The notes: generated from the letters alone by a model not told the origin. A DNA stretch of 64,000 nt from Hadesarchaea archaeon (GCA_029259175.1 JAPDJH010000002.1:32001-96000); one strand, 5' to 3'; counted from the stretch's first letter, positions 47,897-59,962 are shown. Numbers and translations: made by a program.

Positions 47897-48124
47897 ATGA
47901 AAAAAGTGTACAGAATTCGAGGATGGTTCAAGCAGGGATTGTGGAAACAGGTATTCACTAAAGAACTCGTGGCATTGAGTGAGCGGCAAGCCCTTGAGCG
48001 ATTGTTGTCCGACGTGGGAAGCAAGCACAAGGTCAAACGCAACATGGTGCGAATCGAAGAAATCCGGGAGATCCGACCCGAGGAGGTTAAAGACCCTCGG
48101 GTCTTAAGGATGTTGGAGGCGTAA
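47897..48124 (+). CDS. rpl18a: Ribosomal protein L18a (LX/eL20)
   Basis: F.KE..A, GSKHKVKR, I.EI; operon position. Confidence 0.9.
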   Translation: MKKVYRIRGWFKQGLWKQVFTKELVALSERQALERLLSDVGSKHKVKRNMVRIEEIREIRPEEVKDPRVLRMLEA

Positions 48125-48125
48125 C

Positions 48126-48560
48126 ATGGCGGAGAGATCGTCACAAGACAAACTCCAAAGCTTATTAACACAGATCGGAAGCTACAGAGAGCTCATTCGC
48201 GTGCTCCAGCAACAGATTTCGAACTTAGTCGAGGCCCGTTCGGAGCTGTCGATGACCCTGAATTTCCTCAAGAACATGCGCCAGCTCAAACCAGATACAG
48301 AAGTTTTAATTCCGGTGGGCTCGGGGGCCTTGGTTCCGGGACGGCTGACGACTGTTGAGAAAGTGCTCGTTGAAATCGGATCCGGAGTGGTAGTCGAGAA
48401 GAGCGCAGAGGAGGCCGTCCAAGTCATCGAGAACCGGATAAAGGAGGTTGACGAAACGGTTGGCCGCTTGCAAAAGGACATCGCCGATATCCAAGAAAAA
48501 ATAGAGGCAATCAGGCCTGAAGCCGAGCAGCTGATGAAGCAGCTAGAGAGGGAATCCTGA
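48126..48560 (+). CDS. pfdA: Prefoldin alpha
   Basis: Coiled coils around LIPVGSG and VEIGSG hairpins. Confidence 0.92.
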   Translation: MAERSSQDKLQSLLTQIGSYRELIRVLQQQISNLVEARSELSMTLNFLKNMRQLKPDTEVLIPVGSGALVPGRLTTVEKVLVEIGSGVVVEKSAEEAVQVIENRIKEVDETVGRLQKDIADIQEKIEAIRPEAEQLMKQLERES

Positions 48561-48562
48561 AA

Positions 48563-49717
48563 ATGTTTGGTGCACTTAAAAAGAAACTGAGCAAGTTCAA
48601 GGAGCGCATAGTCGAGGCTATAAGCAAAAGAGAAGCGGAGGAAGTCGTCGAGCCTGCTCCGCAGACGGTTCGCGGGGAGGAGAGAGAAGTTCCTCCGGCT
48701 CCCATTCCGCCTCCGAAACCGGAAAAAGAAGCGAAGATCCCAGAACAAAAAGTGGAGGGAACTGTTGCGGAGCAGACCACTCCTCAGCCCACCGAGGTGT
48801 TCTTGCCTTCTCCCGAAAAGCCCAAGCGAGTAGTCAAGCGAGCTATAAAGCGGTTACTTGTTAAGAGGCTTTCTCCGCAGGACGTGGACGACATCATGTG
48901 GGATCTCGAGGTGGCCCTGTTGGAAAGCGATGTGGCTCTCCCAGTGGCAAACCACATTCTCGAAAAAGTGAGGAGCGAACTCACGGCGAGAAAGATAAGC
49001 ATCCGCGACGATCCCCGCAAGATCGCCGACGAGATTTTGCGCTCGGCTCTTCACGATGTTTTGACCCCAAGCTCGCGCGTGGACCTCCTCAGCGTGATCC
49101 GGTCCAAAAAATCGCGCAACGAACCAGCAGTTCTCGTGTTCGTAGGGATCAACGGACACGGCAAAACCACAACCATCGCCAAACTTGCCAAGTATTTGAA
49201 GGACCGTGGATTCAAAGTGGTGCTGGCAGCCGGAGACACCTTCAGAGCCGCCGCGATAGAGCAGCTCGAAATCCACGCACAGCGACTGAACGTTCCCCTC
49301 ATTAAGCAGAAAAGAGGGGCCGACTCAGCCGCGGTGGCATATGACGCCATCGCTTTCGCCAAAGCTCGGGGATACGATGTGGTTCTGGTGGACACAGCTG
49401 GCCGTATGCAGACCAATAGGAACCTCATGGACGAGATGCGAAAGATCGTCAGGGTTGCCAAGCCAGACTTGGTGTTGTTTGTTGGGGACGCGCTGACAGG
49501 GAATGACGCTGTCGAGCAGGCAAAGGCGTTCGATGAGGCAGTGGGAATTCATGGGTCGATTCTCTGCAAGATGGACGCGGATGCCCGTGGCGGTGCGGCC
49601 CTTTCTATCTCATACGTGACGGGCAAGCCCATCTTGTTCTTGGGAACTGGGCAGGGATATGACGACCTCGTGGAATTTAAACCCGAGTTAGTCATAAATT
49701 CATTACTGGGGGACTAG
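48563..49717 (+). CDS. ftsY: SRP receptor FtsY
   Basis: GINGHGKTTTIAKLA, DTFRAAA, DTAGR, GGAALS. Confidence 0.96.
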   Translation: MFGALKKKLSKFKERIVEAISKREAEEVVEPAPQTVRGEEREVPPAPIPPPKPEKEAKIPEQKVEGTVAEQTTPQPTEVFLPSPEKPKRVVKRAIKRLLVKRLSPQDVDDIMWDLEVALLESDVALPVANHILEKVRSELTARKISIRDDPRKIADEILRSALHDVLTPSSRVDLLSVIRSKKSRNEPAVLVFVGINGHGKTTTIAKLAKYLKDRGFKVVLAAGDTFRAAAIEQLEIHAQRLNVPLIKQKRGADSAAVAYDAIAFAKARGYDVVLVDTAGRMQTNRNLMDEMRKIVRVAKPDLVLFVGDALTGNDAVEQAKAFDEAVGIHGSILCKMDADARGGAALSISYVTGKPILFLGTGQGYDDLVEFKPELVINSLLGD

Positions 49718-49719
49718 GC

Positions 49720-51346
<1,627 letters not shown>

Positions 51347-51375
51347 CCTAATTAAGTCGTCAAGGTTTATTTTGA

Positions 51376-52455
51376 ATGATGATCGAGATCGATGGTTCGA
51401 TAGGAGAAGGTGGAGGATCCGTTGTCCGTGTGGCCGTGGCTTTAAGCGCTGCGAGCGGAAAACCCATAAGGATTTTCAACATCCGCGCTAAGAGGCCCAA
51501 GCCAGGACTCCAGTACCAGCATCTGAACGCGGTCAAGGCCGTTGCAAACCTGTCGAATGCGAGCATAGAGGGACTCGAACTTGGATCCACCGAGCTGGTT
51601 TTTCATCCAGGCCGTATTTCTGCCGGCAAGTTCAGAATCGATATAGGCACGGCTGGTAGCACAATGCTCGTGCTTCAAGCTCTCATGCCAGTCGCGGCCT
51701 TCGCTCCTGCTCCCGTAGAGTTTGAGATACGCGGCGGGACCGACAATCCGTTGGCACCTCCGGTGGATTATGTGAAAAACGTGACCCTGCGTGCGCTGGA
51801 AAAGTTCGGATATAGAGCAGAGTTGCAGTGTGTCAAGCGCGGATACTATCCGAGGGGAGGAGGAATCGTATTTGCGAGATTAAACCCAGTCGATCATTTG
51901 GCTTCTATAAATTTAGCAAAGGGTGGAGATATCTCGAAAATTGAAGGAATAGCTCACATATCCCAACTTCCGGATCATGTTGCGAGACGAATGGCACACT
52001 CCGCTACGCGTGAGCTAATTTCTGCCGGGTTTTCTAAAGTTCACATTCGATCCGAGAGAAGCGATTCCCTCAGCGTGGGGGGAGGAATAACTCTCTGGGC
52101 TATTTTTGAATCGGGCGACGCTGTTGGTGCAAGTCGGTTGGCCAAAAGAGGGGTACCGGCAGAACAAATAGGCCGAGAAGCCGCAAGGGACTTGATTTCT
52201 CAGTTCCGAACGGGAGCCCCAGTGGACAAGTATTTGGCAGATCAGCTGATCCCGTACATGGCGCTTGCGACAGGAAAGTCTACCATCTACTGTAGTGAGA
52301 TGACACTCCACACAGTGACAAACATCGCTTTGGTCGAGCGGATTCTTGGGGTCAAATTTCGTATCGATGGTGAGCTAGGCAAACCAGCCGTTATCCAGGT
52401 GGAGGGTCTCGGAAAATCCAATCCCTCTCTCAACGGTAAACGCGAGACGGGTTGA
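51376..52455 (+). CDS. rtcA: RNA 3'-terminal phosphate cyclase
   Basis: DGSIGEGGG, IRAKRPKPGL..QH, GGTD, GYYPRGGG, ADQL. Confidence 0.94.
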   Translation: MMIEIDGSIGEGGGSVVRVAVALSAASGKPIRIFNIRAKRPKPGLQYQHLNAVKAVANLSNASIEGLELGSTELVFHPGRISAGKFRIDIGTAGSTMLVLQALMPVAAFAPAPVEFEIRGGTDNPLAPPVDYVKNVTLRALEKFGYRAELQCVKRGYYPRGGGIVFARLNPVDHLASINLAKGGDISKIEGIAHISQLPDHVARRMAHSATRELISAGFSKVHIRSERSDSLSVGGGITLWAIFESGDAVGASRLAKRGVPAEQIGREAARDLISQFRTGAPVDKYLADQLIPYMALATGKSTIYCSEMTLHTVTNIALVERILGVKFRIDGELGKPAVIQVEGLGKSNPSLNGKRETG

Positions 52456-52828
52456 AGAGACGCTTTCTGTATTTTACCAGCTTTCCGTTTCTCAGCTTCC
52501 TGAAGAAGCAAGACCGATACCCCTTGTGGCATGCGCCTCCGATTTGTTTCACATCGTACAGCAGCGTGTCACCGTCACAGTCCACATAAACTGCCTTCAC
52601 CAATTGAACATTTCCTGATGTCTCTCCTTTCATCCAGAGCTTTTTTCTTTCTCTGCTCCAGTAGTGCATCTTCCCCTCTGATAACGTCCTTCTGACAGCT
52701 TCTCGATTTTGCCACGCCACCATCAATACCTCTTTGTTCTGATAATCTCTCACAACAGCTGTTACGAGCCCCCGCCTGAACCTAAGATTTCTGAGAACGT
52801 TTTTCACTTGAGCAGTTTCTAGCTTCAC
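52430..52828 (-). CDS. hisI: Phosphoribosyl-AMP cyclohydrolase
   Basis: WMKGETSG, DCDGD, ACHKGYRSCF. Confidence 0.94.
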   Translation of the reverse strand: MKLETAQVKNVLRNLRFRRGLVTAVVRDYQNKEVLMVAWQNREAVRRTLSEGKMHYWSRERKKLWMKGETSGNVQLVKAVYVDCDGDTLLYDVKQIGGACHKGYRSCFFRKLRNGKLVKYRKRLFNPSRVYR

Positions 52829-53097
52829 CGTTTTCTCCTCCGTCTCAGTTCCTCCATCACATCCTCCAGCTCCACGTTCTTTTCAGCAAGCAAAATCATC
52901 GCGTGGAAAAACAAGTCCGCCGCTTCATGAATGATTTCGCTTTTTTCAGATGCTTCAATCAGTTCCTGTGCTTCTTCCATTATTTTTTCCTTTGTCTTTC
53001 CCGCGCGCAGGAGCCCAGCCACATAGGACTCCGGCTTGGGGTTTCGCTTTCTGTCTTTTATCACTTCGAACACTTCTTCCAAGATCTCAGTCCCCAT
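52825..53097 (-). CDS. hisE: Phosphoribosyl-ATP pyrophosphatase
   Basis: SYVA.L, KIMEEAQE, EAADLFFH. Confidence 0.92.
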   Translation of the reverse strand: MGTEILEEVFEVIKDRKRNPKPESYVAGLLRAGKTKEKIMEEAQELIEASEKSEIIHEAADLFFHAMILLAEKNVELEDVMEELRRRRKR

Positions 53098-54400
53098 CAG
53101 CTCCCTCCTGCAGTCTTATCCGAACGCTTAGCGCGTGCCCCGGTAATCCCTCCACGTTTGCTAACTGTTCTACCACCTCGGCGATACTCTCCAGCCCTTC
53201 TTTTGTGAGTTCTTGAACCGTTGGCAGTTTGAGGAAATGGAGGACCGAGAGACCCGACTGTCGTTTCGCAATACCCCCCGTCGGCAAAATGTGGTTTACA
53301 CCAACTCCCAAATCGCCCGCAGCAACTGGTGTGTAGTGGCCCACAAAAATTGACCCAGCGTTTTTTATCAGTCTCAGAAGCTTTCGCGGACGCTTGACCA
53401 TTAGCTGGAGATGCTCGGGAGCATAAGCATTTGCTAGTTCAACGGCTTCATCGAGGGTCTTCACGATTATTATTCGGCCGTATCTGGCTAGAGCTCTCAC
53501 TGAGATATTCCATCTAGCGCTACTCTTCACGATCTTTCTAGCTTCCTCCCTCACTCGCTTTGCCAGCGGTTCTGATGTGGTCACAAGAACGGCCGCCGCT
53601 TCTGGATCGTGTTCCGCTTGTGCGACCAAATCAGCAGCCGCAAACTTTGGATTCGCCGTTTCGTCAGCGATTATGAGCACCTCGCTTGGTCCAGCTGCGA
53701 AGTCCACCTCCACATCAGGCGCAACGATTTGTTTTGCAGCAACCACGTAGACATTTCCGGGTCCCACGATTTTGTCAACTTTTGGAATGGTTTCGGTGCC
53801 ATAGGCCATCGCAGCCACGGCCTGAGCTCCCCCTGCCTTGAAAACTTGCGTGACGCCCGCTAGCCGCGCGGCAACCAGAACGGCTGGAGAGATCTTTCCG
53901 TCTTGATTCGGAGGAGTGCACATGATTATTTGTTTAACCCCCGCAATCCGGGCAGGGATGGCTGCCATCAGCACGGTGGATGGATATTTTGCCAGACCTC
54001 CCGGGACATAAATCCCCACACTTTCCAGCGGGCGCACCAGCTGTCCAGCACGAACACCTTTTTCTATTAGCGTCCACCACTCGCGGGGCAACTGTTTTCT
54101 ATGAAATCTCTCAATAGCTTTCGCCAGTTTTTCCAGACTCCGGCGTATCTCTGGTTTTAACTGCTGAAACGCCAGCTCGAACTCCTCCTCTGTTACTGCA
54201 AGCTGGGCGGGATCCAATTTTACCTTGTCGAATCTCTCGGTGTAGTGCAGGAGCGCAGCATCTCCTTCTCTGCGCACATCCGCCACTATTTTGGTCGTTC
54301 GAAGCAAAACGGACTCAACGTCTACTACTGATCGCTTCAGTATCTCTTCTTTTTCTTTTGGAGTGCATTCCCACCACTTTATGATTTTCAGCGGCTCCAT
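53087..54400 (-). CDS. hisD: Histidinol dehydrogenase
   Basis: YVPGG..YPSTVLM, GPGN, AGPSE, QAEHD, APEHL, NHILPT. Confidence 0.96.
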   Translation of the reverse strand: MEPLKIIKWWECTPKEKEEILKRSVVDVESVLLRTTKIVADVRREGDAALLHYTERFDKVKLDPAQLAVTEEEFELAFQQLKPEIRRSLEKLAKAIERFHRKQLPREWWTLIEKGVRAGQLVRPLESVGIYVPGGLAKYPSTVLMAAIPARIAGVKQIIMCTPPNQDGKISPAVLVAARLAGVTQVFKAGGAQAVAAMAYGTETIPKVDKIVGPGNVYVVAAKQIVAPDVEVDFAAGPSEVLIIADETANPKFAAADLVAQAEHDPEAAAVLVTTSEPLAKRVREEARKIVKSSARWNISVRALARYGRIIIVKTLDEAVELANAYAPEHLQLMVKRPRKLLRLIKNAGSIFVGHYTPVAAGDLGVGVNHILPTGGIAKRQSGLSVLHFLKLPTVQELTKEGLESIAEVVEQLANVEGLPGHALSVRIRLQEGADGD

Positions 54401-54972
54401 CAGAGAACCCCTTTGGTGCTGGCGATCTTTCGCCTAGAAGTTTTTCCAGTGGCTCTGCGCAATGCGATTCCAAGAGCTTTGAAGACAGCCTCTGCTTTGT
54501 GGTGGTCGTTAAATCCCCGCATGATCTCTACGTGCAGATTGAACCTCCCAACCGTCGCGAAAGTCTGGAGCAGGTGTGTGAAGAGATCGCTGCTCAGATC
54601 GTCTAGTTGCTTCTTCCTGAACTTGCACCTGATGTCGGGATACGCTCGCCCGCTGAGATCCACAGCTACCAACACCAAAGCGTCGTCCATGGGTATGATG
54701 GCTTCTCCCATTCGCTCGATCCCTTTTTTGTCCTTTAGGGCTTTGGTTAAAGCCTCACCAAGCGTGATCATGACATCTTCTGCGATGTGGTGTGGCAGGT
54801 CTCCACTCGCTTTTACACTTAGATCGAAGCATCCGTGTTTTGCAAAAGCAGCTAGGAGGTGATTAAAGAATCGGATGGGAGTTTGAATTTTTGATTCGCC
54901 ACTTCCATCCAAGTTGAGTTTTACCTCGACTTCAGTTTCCTTGGTTTTTCTCCTCACTGTTGCCCTTCTCAT
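54400..54972 (-). CDS. hisB: Imidazoleglycerol-phosphate dehydratase
   Basis: HHIAED, PMDD, NDHHKAEAVFKA, STKGVL. Confidence 0.95.
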   Translation of the reverse strand: MRRATVRRKTKETEVEVKLNLDGSGESKIQTPIRFFNHLLAAFAKHGCFDLSVKASGDLPHHIAEDVMITLGEALTKALKDKKGIERMGEAIIPMDDALVLVAVDLSGRAYPDIRCKFRKKQLDDLSSDLFTHLLQTFATVGRFNLHVEIMRGFNDHHKAEAVFKALGIALRRATGKTSRRKIASTKGVL

Positions 54973-55682
54973 CGATGCACCACCTCGAGCGCCTGTTTAA
55001 GTGTGAACTTTTTCTCATATAACGCCATTCCTACCACTGCTCCGTACGCACCGGTTTGTTTTACTTTCAGAAGATCATCCAAGCAGCCCACACCCCCCGA
55101 TGCGATAACGGGAGAACGAACCGCTTCTACGAGCTTGCGTATGGCCGAGATGTCCGGCCCCTTCATCCGACCTTCCCTGTCCACAGCGGTAAAGAGAAAG
55201 CCCCAAACTCCGATCTTTTCAAATCTCTGAGCCATTTGCTGGGGTTCTAGTTTCGTTTTTTTCCGCCACCCGTTCACGAGCACGCGGCCTTGCCTAGAGT
55301 CGAGAGCGATAGCGACCCTGCCTTTCCCGAACAGCTTAATTAGTTTCTCCACAAATGGTGGATTTTTCACAGCAGCGGTACCAACCACGATTCTTTCAAC
55401 ATTTGATTCTATCAGTTCTCTCGCTCTTTCTTCACTTCGGATACCACCACCAACTTGAACAGGCACATGAGCCTCTTTCACTATCCGTTTTATCACTTCT
55501 AGATTGTTTCCGATACCCAGAGCAGCATCTAAATCCACTACATGCAAAAGATTTGCTCCTTCTCTTTCCCATTTCCTTACCCATTTGAGCGGATCTCCGT
55601 AGTCATTTCTTGTTCTCGGGTCTCCTCCTACAAGCTGAACGCATCGCCCGTCCATGAGGTCGATACTCGGTATAACAAGCAT
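54969..55682 (-). CDS. hisA: ProFAR isomerase
   Basis: IPSIDL..GRCVQL, HVVDLD, QVGGGIR, ASGG. Confidence 0.94.
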   Translation of the reverse strand: MLVIPSIDLMDGRCVQLVGGDPRTRNDYGDPLKWVRKWEREGANLLHVVDLDAALGIGNNLEVIKRIVKEAHVPVQVGGGIRSEERARELIESNVERIVVGTAAVKNPPFVEKLIKLFGKGRVAIALDSRQGRVLVNGWRKKTKLEPQQMAQRFEKIGVWGFLFTAVDREGRMKGPDISAIRKLVEAVRSPVIASGGVGCLDDLLKVKQTGAYGAVVGMALYEKKFTLKQALEVVHR

Positions 55683-55691
55683 GCTGGAGCC

Positions 55692-56549
55692 TCACGGAAG
55701 AACTCGCTCGATGGGTAAAACCAGAATATCTTGGGCCCCGGCCTCTTTTGCCTGTCTGATGATTTTTTCTACTTGATCGGCCCACACAACAGCCTGAATC
55801 GCCAGCATCGGTGTTTCTGATTCAACTCTGGATATGGTTGGTCCAGCCATGCCGGGGACGATCCGCTTTACCTCTTCAAGTTTTTCTTCCGGGACATTCA
55901 TCAAGATGAGTCTCATACCCCGCGCACGGATTACGCTCTCAAGTGCTGTCCTGATTTGTTCTATTTTCGCCCGCTTTTTTTGTAGACTCTTCGGATTCGC
56001 CACAAGTCTAGCCGAGGTATCGAGGATCTCATCCACGATTTTCAGTCCATGCACTCGCAGGGTAGTCCCGGTGCTGACCAGATCCACTATGACATCTGCC
56101 ACTCCGATGAGAGGAGTAATTTCGGCCGATCCTGTAATCTTGGAGATTTGAACCCGGATTCCTTTTTCCCTGAAGTATCTCTTTGTAATGTTGGGAAACT
56201 CCGTCGCTATCCGTAGTGGTTGCTTTAGTTTTTTCAGGTCTCCCTTTGCTTTGGTGGCGATCACCATTTTCGCATTTCCAAATTTCAAGTCCAGCAGCTC
56301 CACCACCCTTGCTCCGCTTTCCACGATTAGATCGTATCCGGTGATCCCCAGATCCATAGCTCCTCTGGCAACCATTTGGGGAATGTCCTGTGCACGAACA
56401 AAAACAAGTTCTACAGTTTTGTCTCTCGTCCTCGCGAATAGCTGACGTTCTCCTCTATCTATCACCCCTATGCCGGCATCCTCTAGCAACTTGATGGCTG
56501 GTTCGCACAACCGCCCTTTGTTTGGCACGGCAATCTTAATTTGCACCAT
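55692..56549 (-). CDS. hisG: ATP phosphoribosyltransferase (long form)
   Basis: AVPNKGRL, DIP, DLGITG, DLVSTGTTL, C-terminal regulatory domain. Confidence 0.95.
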   Translation of the reverse strand: MVQIKIAVPNKGRLCEPAIKLLEDAGIGVIDRGERQLFARTRDKTVELVFVRAQDIPQMVARGAMDLGITGYDLIVESGARVVELLDLKFGNAKMVIATKAKGDLKKLKQPLRIATEFPNITKRYFREKGIRVQISKITGSAEITPLIGVADVIVDLVSTGTTLRVHGLKIVDEILDTSARLVANPKSLQKKRAKIEQIRTALESVIRARGMRLILMNVPEEKLEEVKRIVPGMAGPTISRVESETPMLAIQAVVWADQVEKIIRQAKEAGAQDILVLPIERVLP

Positions 56550-57624
56550 ATTTCCTTCCCACCTTTCTGAGAGCTCTTACGAGTTTTAGGTTTTGATTTG
56601 GTGTGCCTACTGTAATTCGGACATAGCTTTTTCCGGCCCCCTTGAAACCAGACAGATCACGCACAAAGATGTTCTCTTTGGCTAACTCGTTGCAAAGAGT
56701 GGTAGCGTCCACACCCCACGGTCTCAACCCCACCATGACGAAATTCGCTAAGGATGGAAGAACTTGAAGGCCTAGCTCACGTATTTTGGAGCACAACCAT
56801 TCTCGCTGGATTTGAATCTTTTTGACAGTTTTCTGAACGTATTCGAGATCTGTCAGAGCCGCTACTGCTGCCTTCTGAGCAAATCGGTTTATGTTGAAAG
56901 GCGCGCGTATTTGTTCGAGCACGTCGATAATCTTTCGTGGTCCAACTGCGTACCCGATGCGTAGTCCTGCTAACCCGAAAGCTTTAGAGAAAGTTTTGAG
57001 CACCACAATGTTTCGACTTTGGGCAGCCAGCTGTGCTAGCGAAAAACCAGCGAATTCTCCATACGCTTCATCTATTACCACTAGTTCCTGAATTTTCGCC
57101 AAACGCAAAATAGTTTCAACACTTGCACAGGTTCCGGTGGGGTTGTTCGGTCTGCCTATGAACGCTATTCTTGTTTTTCTGCTTTTGGCAAGAAGGATTT
57201 TTTTCTCCCACTGAAAGTTCGGAAGTTTGCAGTATGTCGGAATCCCTCCCGCAATCTTGGTGGTTATTTCATAAAGGGCAAAGGTGGGCAGCGGGATTAA
57301 TACTCGTTCGTTTTTATCTATGAATGCCTTGCAGATTAGATCGATCAGTTCGTCCGACCCGTTTCCCACACATATGTTTTCCGGCTTTACTCCCAGATAA
57401 CTCGAAATTTTGTCTTTGACCTCCCTGCAAAGCGGGTCGGGATATGTGTTGATCTTATCCAACTCTTTTTTCAAAACTCTCTTCACGAGGGGAGAAGGCC
57501 CATAAGGATTTTCGTTTGATGCCAAGTTAACGATTTTTCGGTTTTTGATGTCATACCTGCTTGCCAGCGGGTATCTTCTCCGACTTTTCAAGTACTGTGC
57601 AACACGGGGGTTCAGCAGCCTCAT
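56536..57624 (-). CDS. hisC: Histidinol-phosphate aminotransferase
   Basis: SNENP, GNGSDE, PNNPTG, DEAY, TFSKAFGLAGLRIG. Confidence 0.94.
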   Translation of the reverse strand: MRLLNPRVAQYLKSRRRYPLASRYDIKNRKIVNLASNENPYGPSPLVKRVLKKELDKINTYPDPLCREVKDKISSYLGVKPENICVGNGSDELIDLICKAFIDKNERVLIPLPTFALYEITTKIAGGIPTYCKLPNFQWEKKILLAKSRKTRIAFIGRPNNPTGTCASVETILRLAKIQELVVIDEAYGEFAGFSLAQLAAQSRNIVVLKTFSKAFGLAGLRIGYAVGPRKIIDVLEQIRAPFNINRFAQKAAVAALTDLEYVQKTVKKIQIQREWLCSKIRELGLQVLPSLANFVMVGLRPWGVDATTLCNELAKENIFVRDLSGFKGAGKSYVRITVGTPNQNLKLVRALRKVGRKYGAN

Positions 57625-58589
57625 CCCATCGACCTCCGCAGTAGTTCGTCCCTATCGGCGTACTTCTTCCACACGAATTCTCGTTCGAAAGTCAGCTCGC
57701 TGGGTACGCCCTCCTTTTCGAGTATCTGATGAGCCTCTTCCAGAGTATTCGTGTTGACCAGTTTTTTTGCGATTTGGTTCACATTTTCGAACACCACTTT
57801 GGGATCCAAGTAAAAAGTCAGAGCGGCCAGGGGGGTCAGCAAGACTTTACGATAACCTCCTCGAATTTCAATTTCCCCTATTTCTCCCTTTGCCGCACGT
57901 ACCGCAAGTTTGCTGGCTTCTGTCTTTGTTTTGGGGATGAGTTCTTCCAGTACTTGCACATCTTCTTTGGTTAACCCTCTCGCTCCTAGGAATCCCCCGT
58001 ACTTCGCAGTTTTAGCCAGCTGGTTCAAAATTTGCTCGAATGTGAGTTCGCCGTCTGTTCCCGCTCCCATCACCCCGAGGACAGAGGGCACCTTTAGATA
58101 ACACATTGCTGCGAGCATCATACTATCTGCCAGCATGCTGTGGAGCCCTTCTTCCTTTCCGCTAGCCAAGATGTCTCCTCCTACATCAATTCCTACGAAG
58201 AGCCGGGTTCCAAGTTTGTCTATCGCTTCGTTTAGCCCTCGGATCACGCCTCTCACCCCTTGATTGAGATCGACGAGTACTGTTTTTTCACCGAGAAACT
58301 TGGCGACAACGGATTCGGTAAATATCACTCCTTTTTTAGTTTTTGTTTCACTTGACGCTAGCCCGACTGTTTCTGAGATGATTTCTAAGTTCTCAATCTC
58401 CGAAAACTTTCTTGGACCGGGTTCGGGGTCGTTTACATAACGCTCCCAGCTCAATCCTCCCACCATGGGCTGTGCACCCAACTTTTTGAGATAGCGAGCG
58501 GTAGGGATGGTTCCGACCACATCTCCTCCACCGCCTACTCCGATTACCATCGCTCTTTCGCCGGGTTGGATAAGATTCTCCAGCACCAT
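57621..58589 (-). CDS. DUF1152 family protein
   Basis: GVGGGGD, WER...DPEPGP, DVGGD, LADS, DGE, TEAS. Confidence 0.78.
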   Translation of the reverse strand: MVLENLIQPGERAMVIGVGGGGDVVGTIPTARYLKKLGAQPMVGGLSWERYVNDPEPGPRKFSEIENLEIISETVGLASSETKTKKGVIFTESVVAKFLGEKTVLVDLNQGVRGVIRGLNEAIDKLGTRLFVGIDVGGDILASGKEEGLHSMLADSMMLAAMCYLKVPSVLGVMGAGTDGELTFEQILNQLAKTAKYGGFLGARGLTKEDVQVLEELIPKTKTEASKLAVRAAKGEIGEIEIRGGYRKVLLTPLAALTFYLDPKVVFENVNQIAKKLVNTNTLEEAHQILEKEGVPSELTFEREFVWKKYADRDELLRRSMG

Positions 58590-58713
58590 ATGGACCGCTT
58601 AAATTTTGGGAAATTGGTATATAAAGTTTAGCTTTTATTTATACTTTGTAAACAAAATTAACCATATTGATAAAATATTTAAATAATGTTTTCGAAAATT
58701 ATGCTGGAAGAGC

Positions 58714-59187
58714 ATGAATTCGGCATCCGAAAGTGAAAAAAATTTACTCGACAGAACCAACTTGAAGCTCTTGAAACTCCTCCAATCCGATTCCCAGCTT
58801 TCATACCGACAGCTAGCACGATTTCTCAAGATAAGCCCTGCGGCAGTTCATAAGCGAATACAGAAGTTGAAGAAGAGCGGTGTGATTTCGGGCTTTACCG
58901 TTCTGATAGATCCACAAAAAATAGGGAAGAAACTTAAAGCCTTCGTGGGGATCTCGACCAGTGCTGGTTCGTGTTCTGAAGTGATTGCGGTTCTAAAAGA
59001 AAGACCAGAAATTTTGGAAATCCACGAAATAGCTGGTGAACACGATCTTTTCGCCAAGATAGTGACCTCGGACACGGACGAACTTAACCGAGTTCTTCAT
59101 GAGATCGACAGGATTCCGGGTGTGGTTTCCACGCGAACTCTTGTAGTCCTAAAAACAGAAAAGGAGACTCTGTCGGTTCCCTTATGA
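58714..59187 (+). CDS. Lrp/AsnC transcriptional regulator
   Basis: N-terminal HTH (RIQKL..GVI.GF), AGEHD RAM domain. Confidence 0.92.
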   Translation: MNSASESEKNLLDRTNLKLLKLLQSDSQLSYRQLARFLKISPAAVHKRIQKLKKSGVISGFTVLIDPQKIGKKLKAFVGISTSAGSCSEVIAVLKERPEILEIHEIAGEHDLFAKIVTSDTDELNRVLHEIDRIPGVVSTRTLVVLKTEKETLSVPL

Positions 59188-59222
59188 GTGTTGCTTATAT
59201 TGTAGATGCGAGTGTTTTTGTG

Positions 59223-59962
59223 ATGGAAGAGAAGCCTCCTTCCGCCCCCAGCTCTGACATCAAGCCAGTGGCGCTTCTGTTGGTGTTGCTAGGAGTGATT
59301 GCTGCAGCAATATATTTTCTTCCATCAGAGCCATCTGAAACGCTTTCCAAGGTCAAGATTCTCGAAACATTCGATAACCAAACTATAGAAGACTTGCTTT
59401 CCTCCGGATGGGTTATATGGTATAACCCCTCCATGGTTGAACTCACTGGGCTTTCAGTAGGTTATCCTGAGGAGACTTGGACTATCACTGAGCACGGTAT
59501 ACTGTGTGCGGACAAGGGAGCCGGAGGGCTCTTCTATATGGGCCACGAAGGGTCAGATTTTCGTCTGAGTGTTTCGACCAAGTGGGAAGGAGGCCCTTGG
59601 ATCGGTCTGGCTTTCCGTTGCGAGAACGACTGAGTTTCGGGAACTGTGGGGGGGGTGCTTCGTCTGGTAGTTGGTACTCGACGGGTTATTTGGTTCAATT
59701 GGGATATCAAAACTCGGTCAGATTGTGGAAGTTGGAGAATAGGAGTCCGCAGCTTTTAGCCGAGCAATCCTCCTCAGCAGAGGTCAGGCAGTGGCATCAA
59801 GTACAGGTAGAAGTCAAAGGAGCTCCCATCGATGTGTGGGTGGACAACCAGCTGGTTCTATCCGAAGTTGACACAAATCCGATACTCGGGCCGGGACGTG
59901 TTGGACTGGTAAACTGCAGTGGATATGTGTACTTCGATAATCTATTAATTGAAACCCTCTAA
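59223..59962 (+). pseudogene. Frameshifted membrane-anchored beta-sandwich (DUF1080/lectin-like) gene
   Basis: ORF1 (TM anchor...GLAFRCEND) stops at 59633; an overlapping frame continues with WHQVQVEVKG..IDVWVD..GRVGL..YFDNL. Confidence 0.6.

Noticed and set aside
59631-59633. Selenocysteine read-through of TGA
   Set aside because: Read-through stays in the wrong frame for the conserved C-terminal half; no SECIS evident
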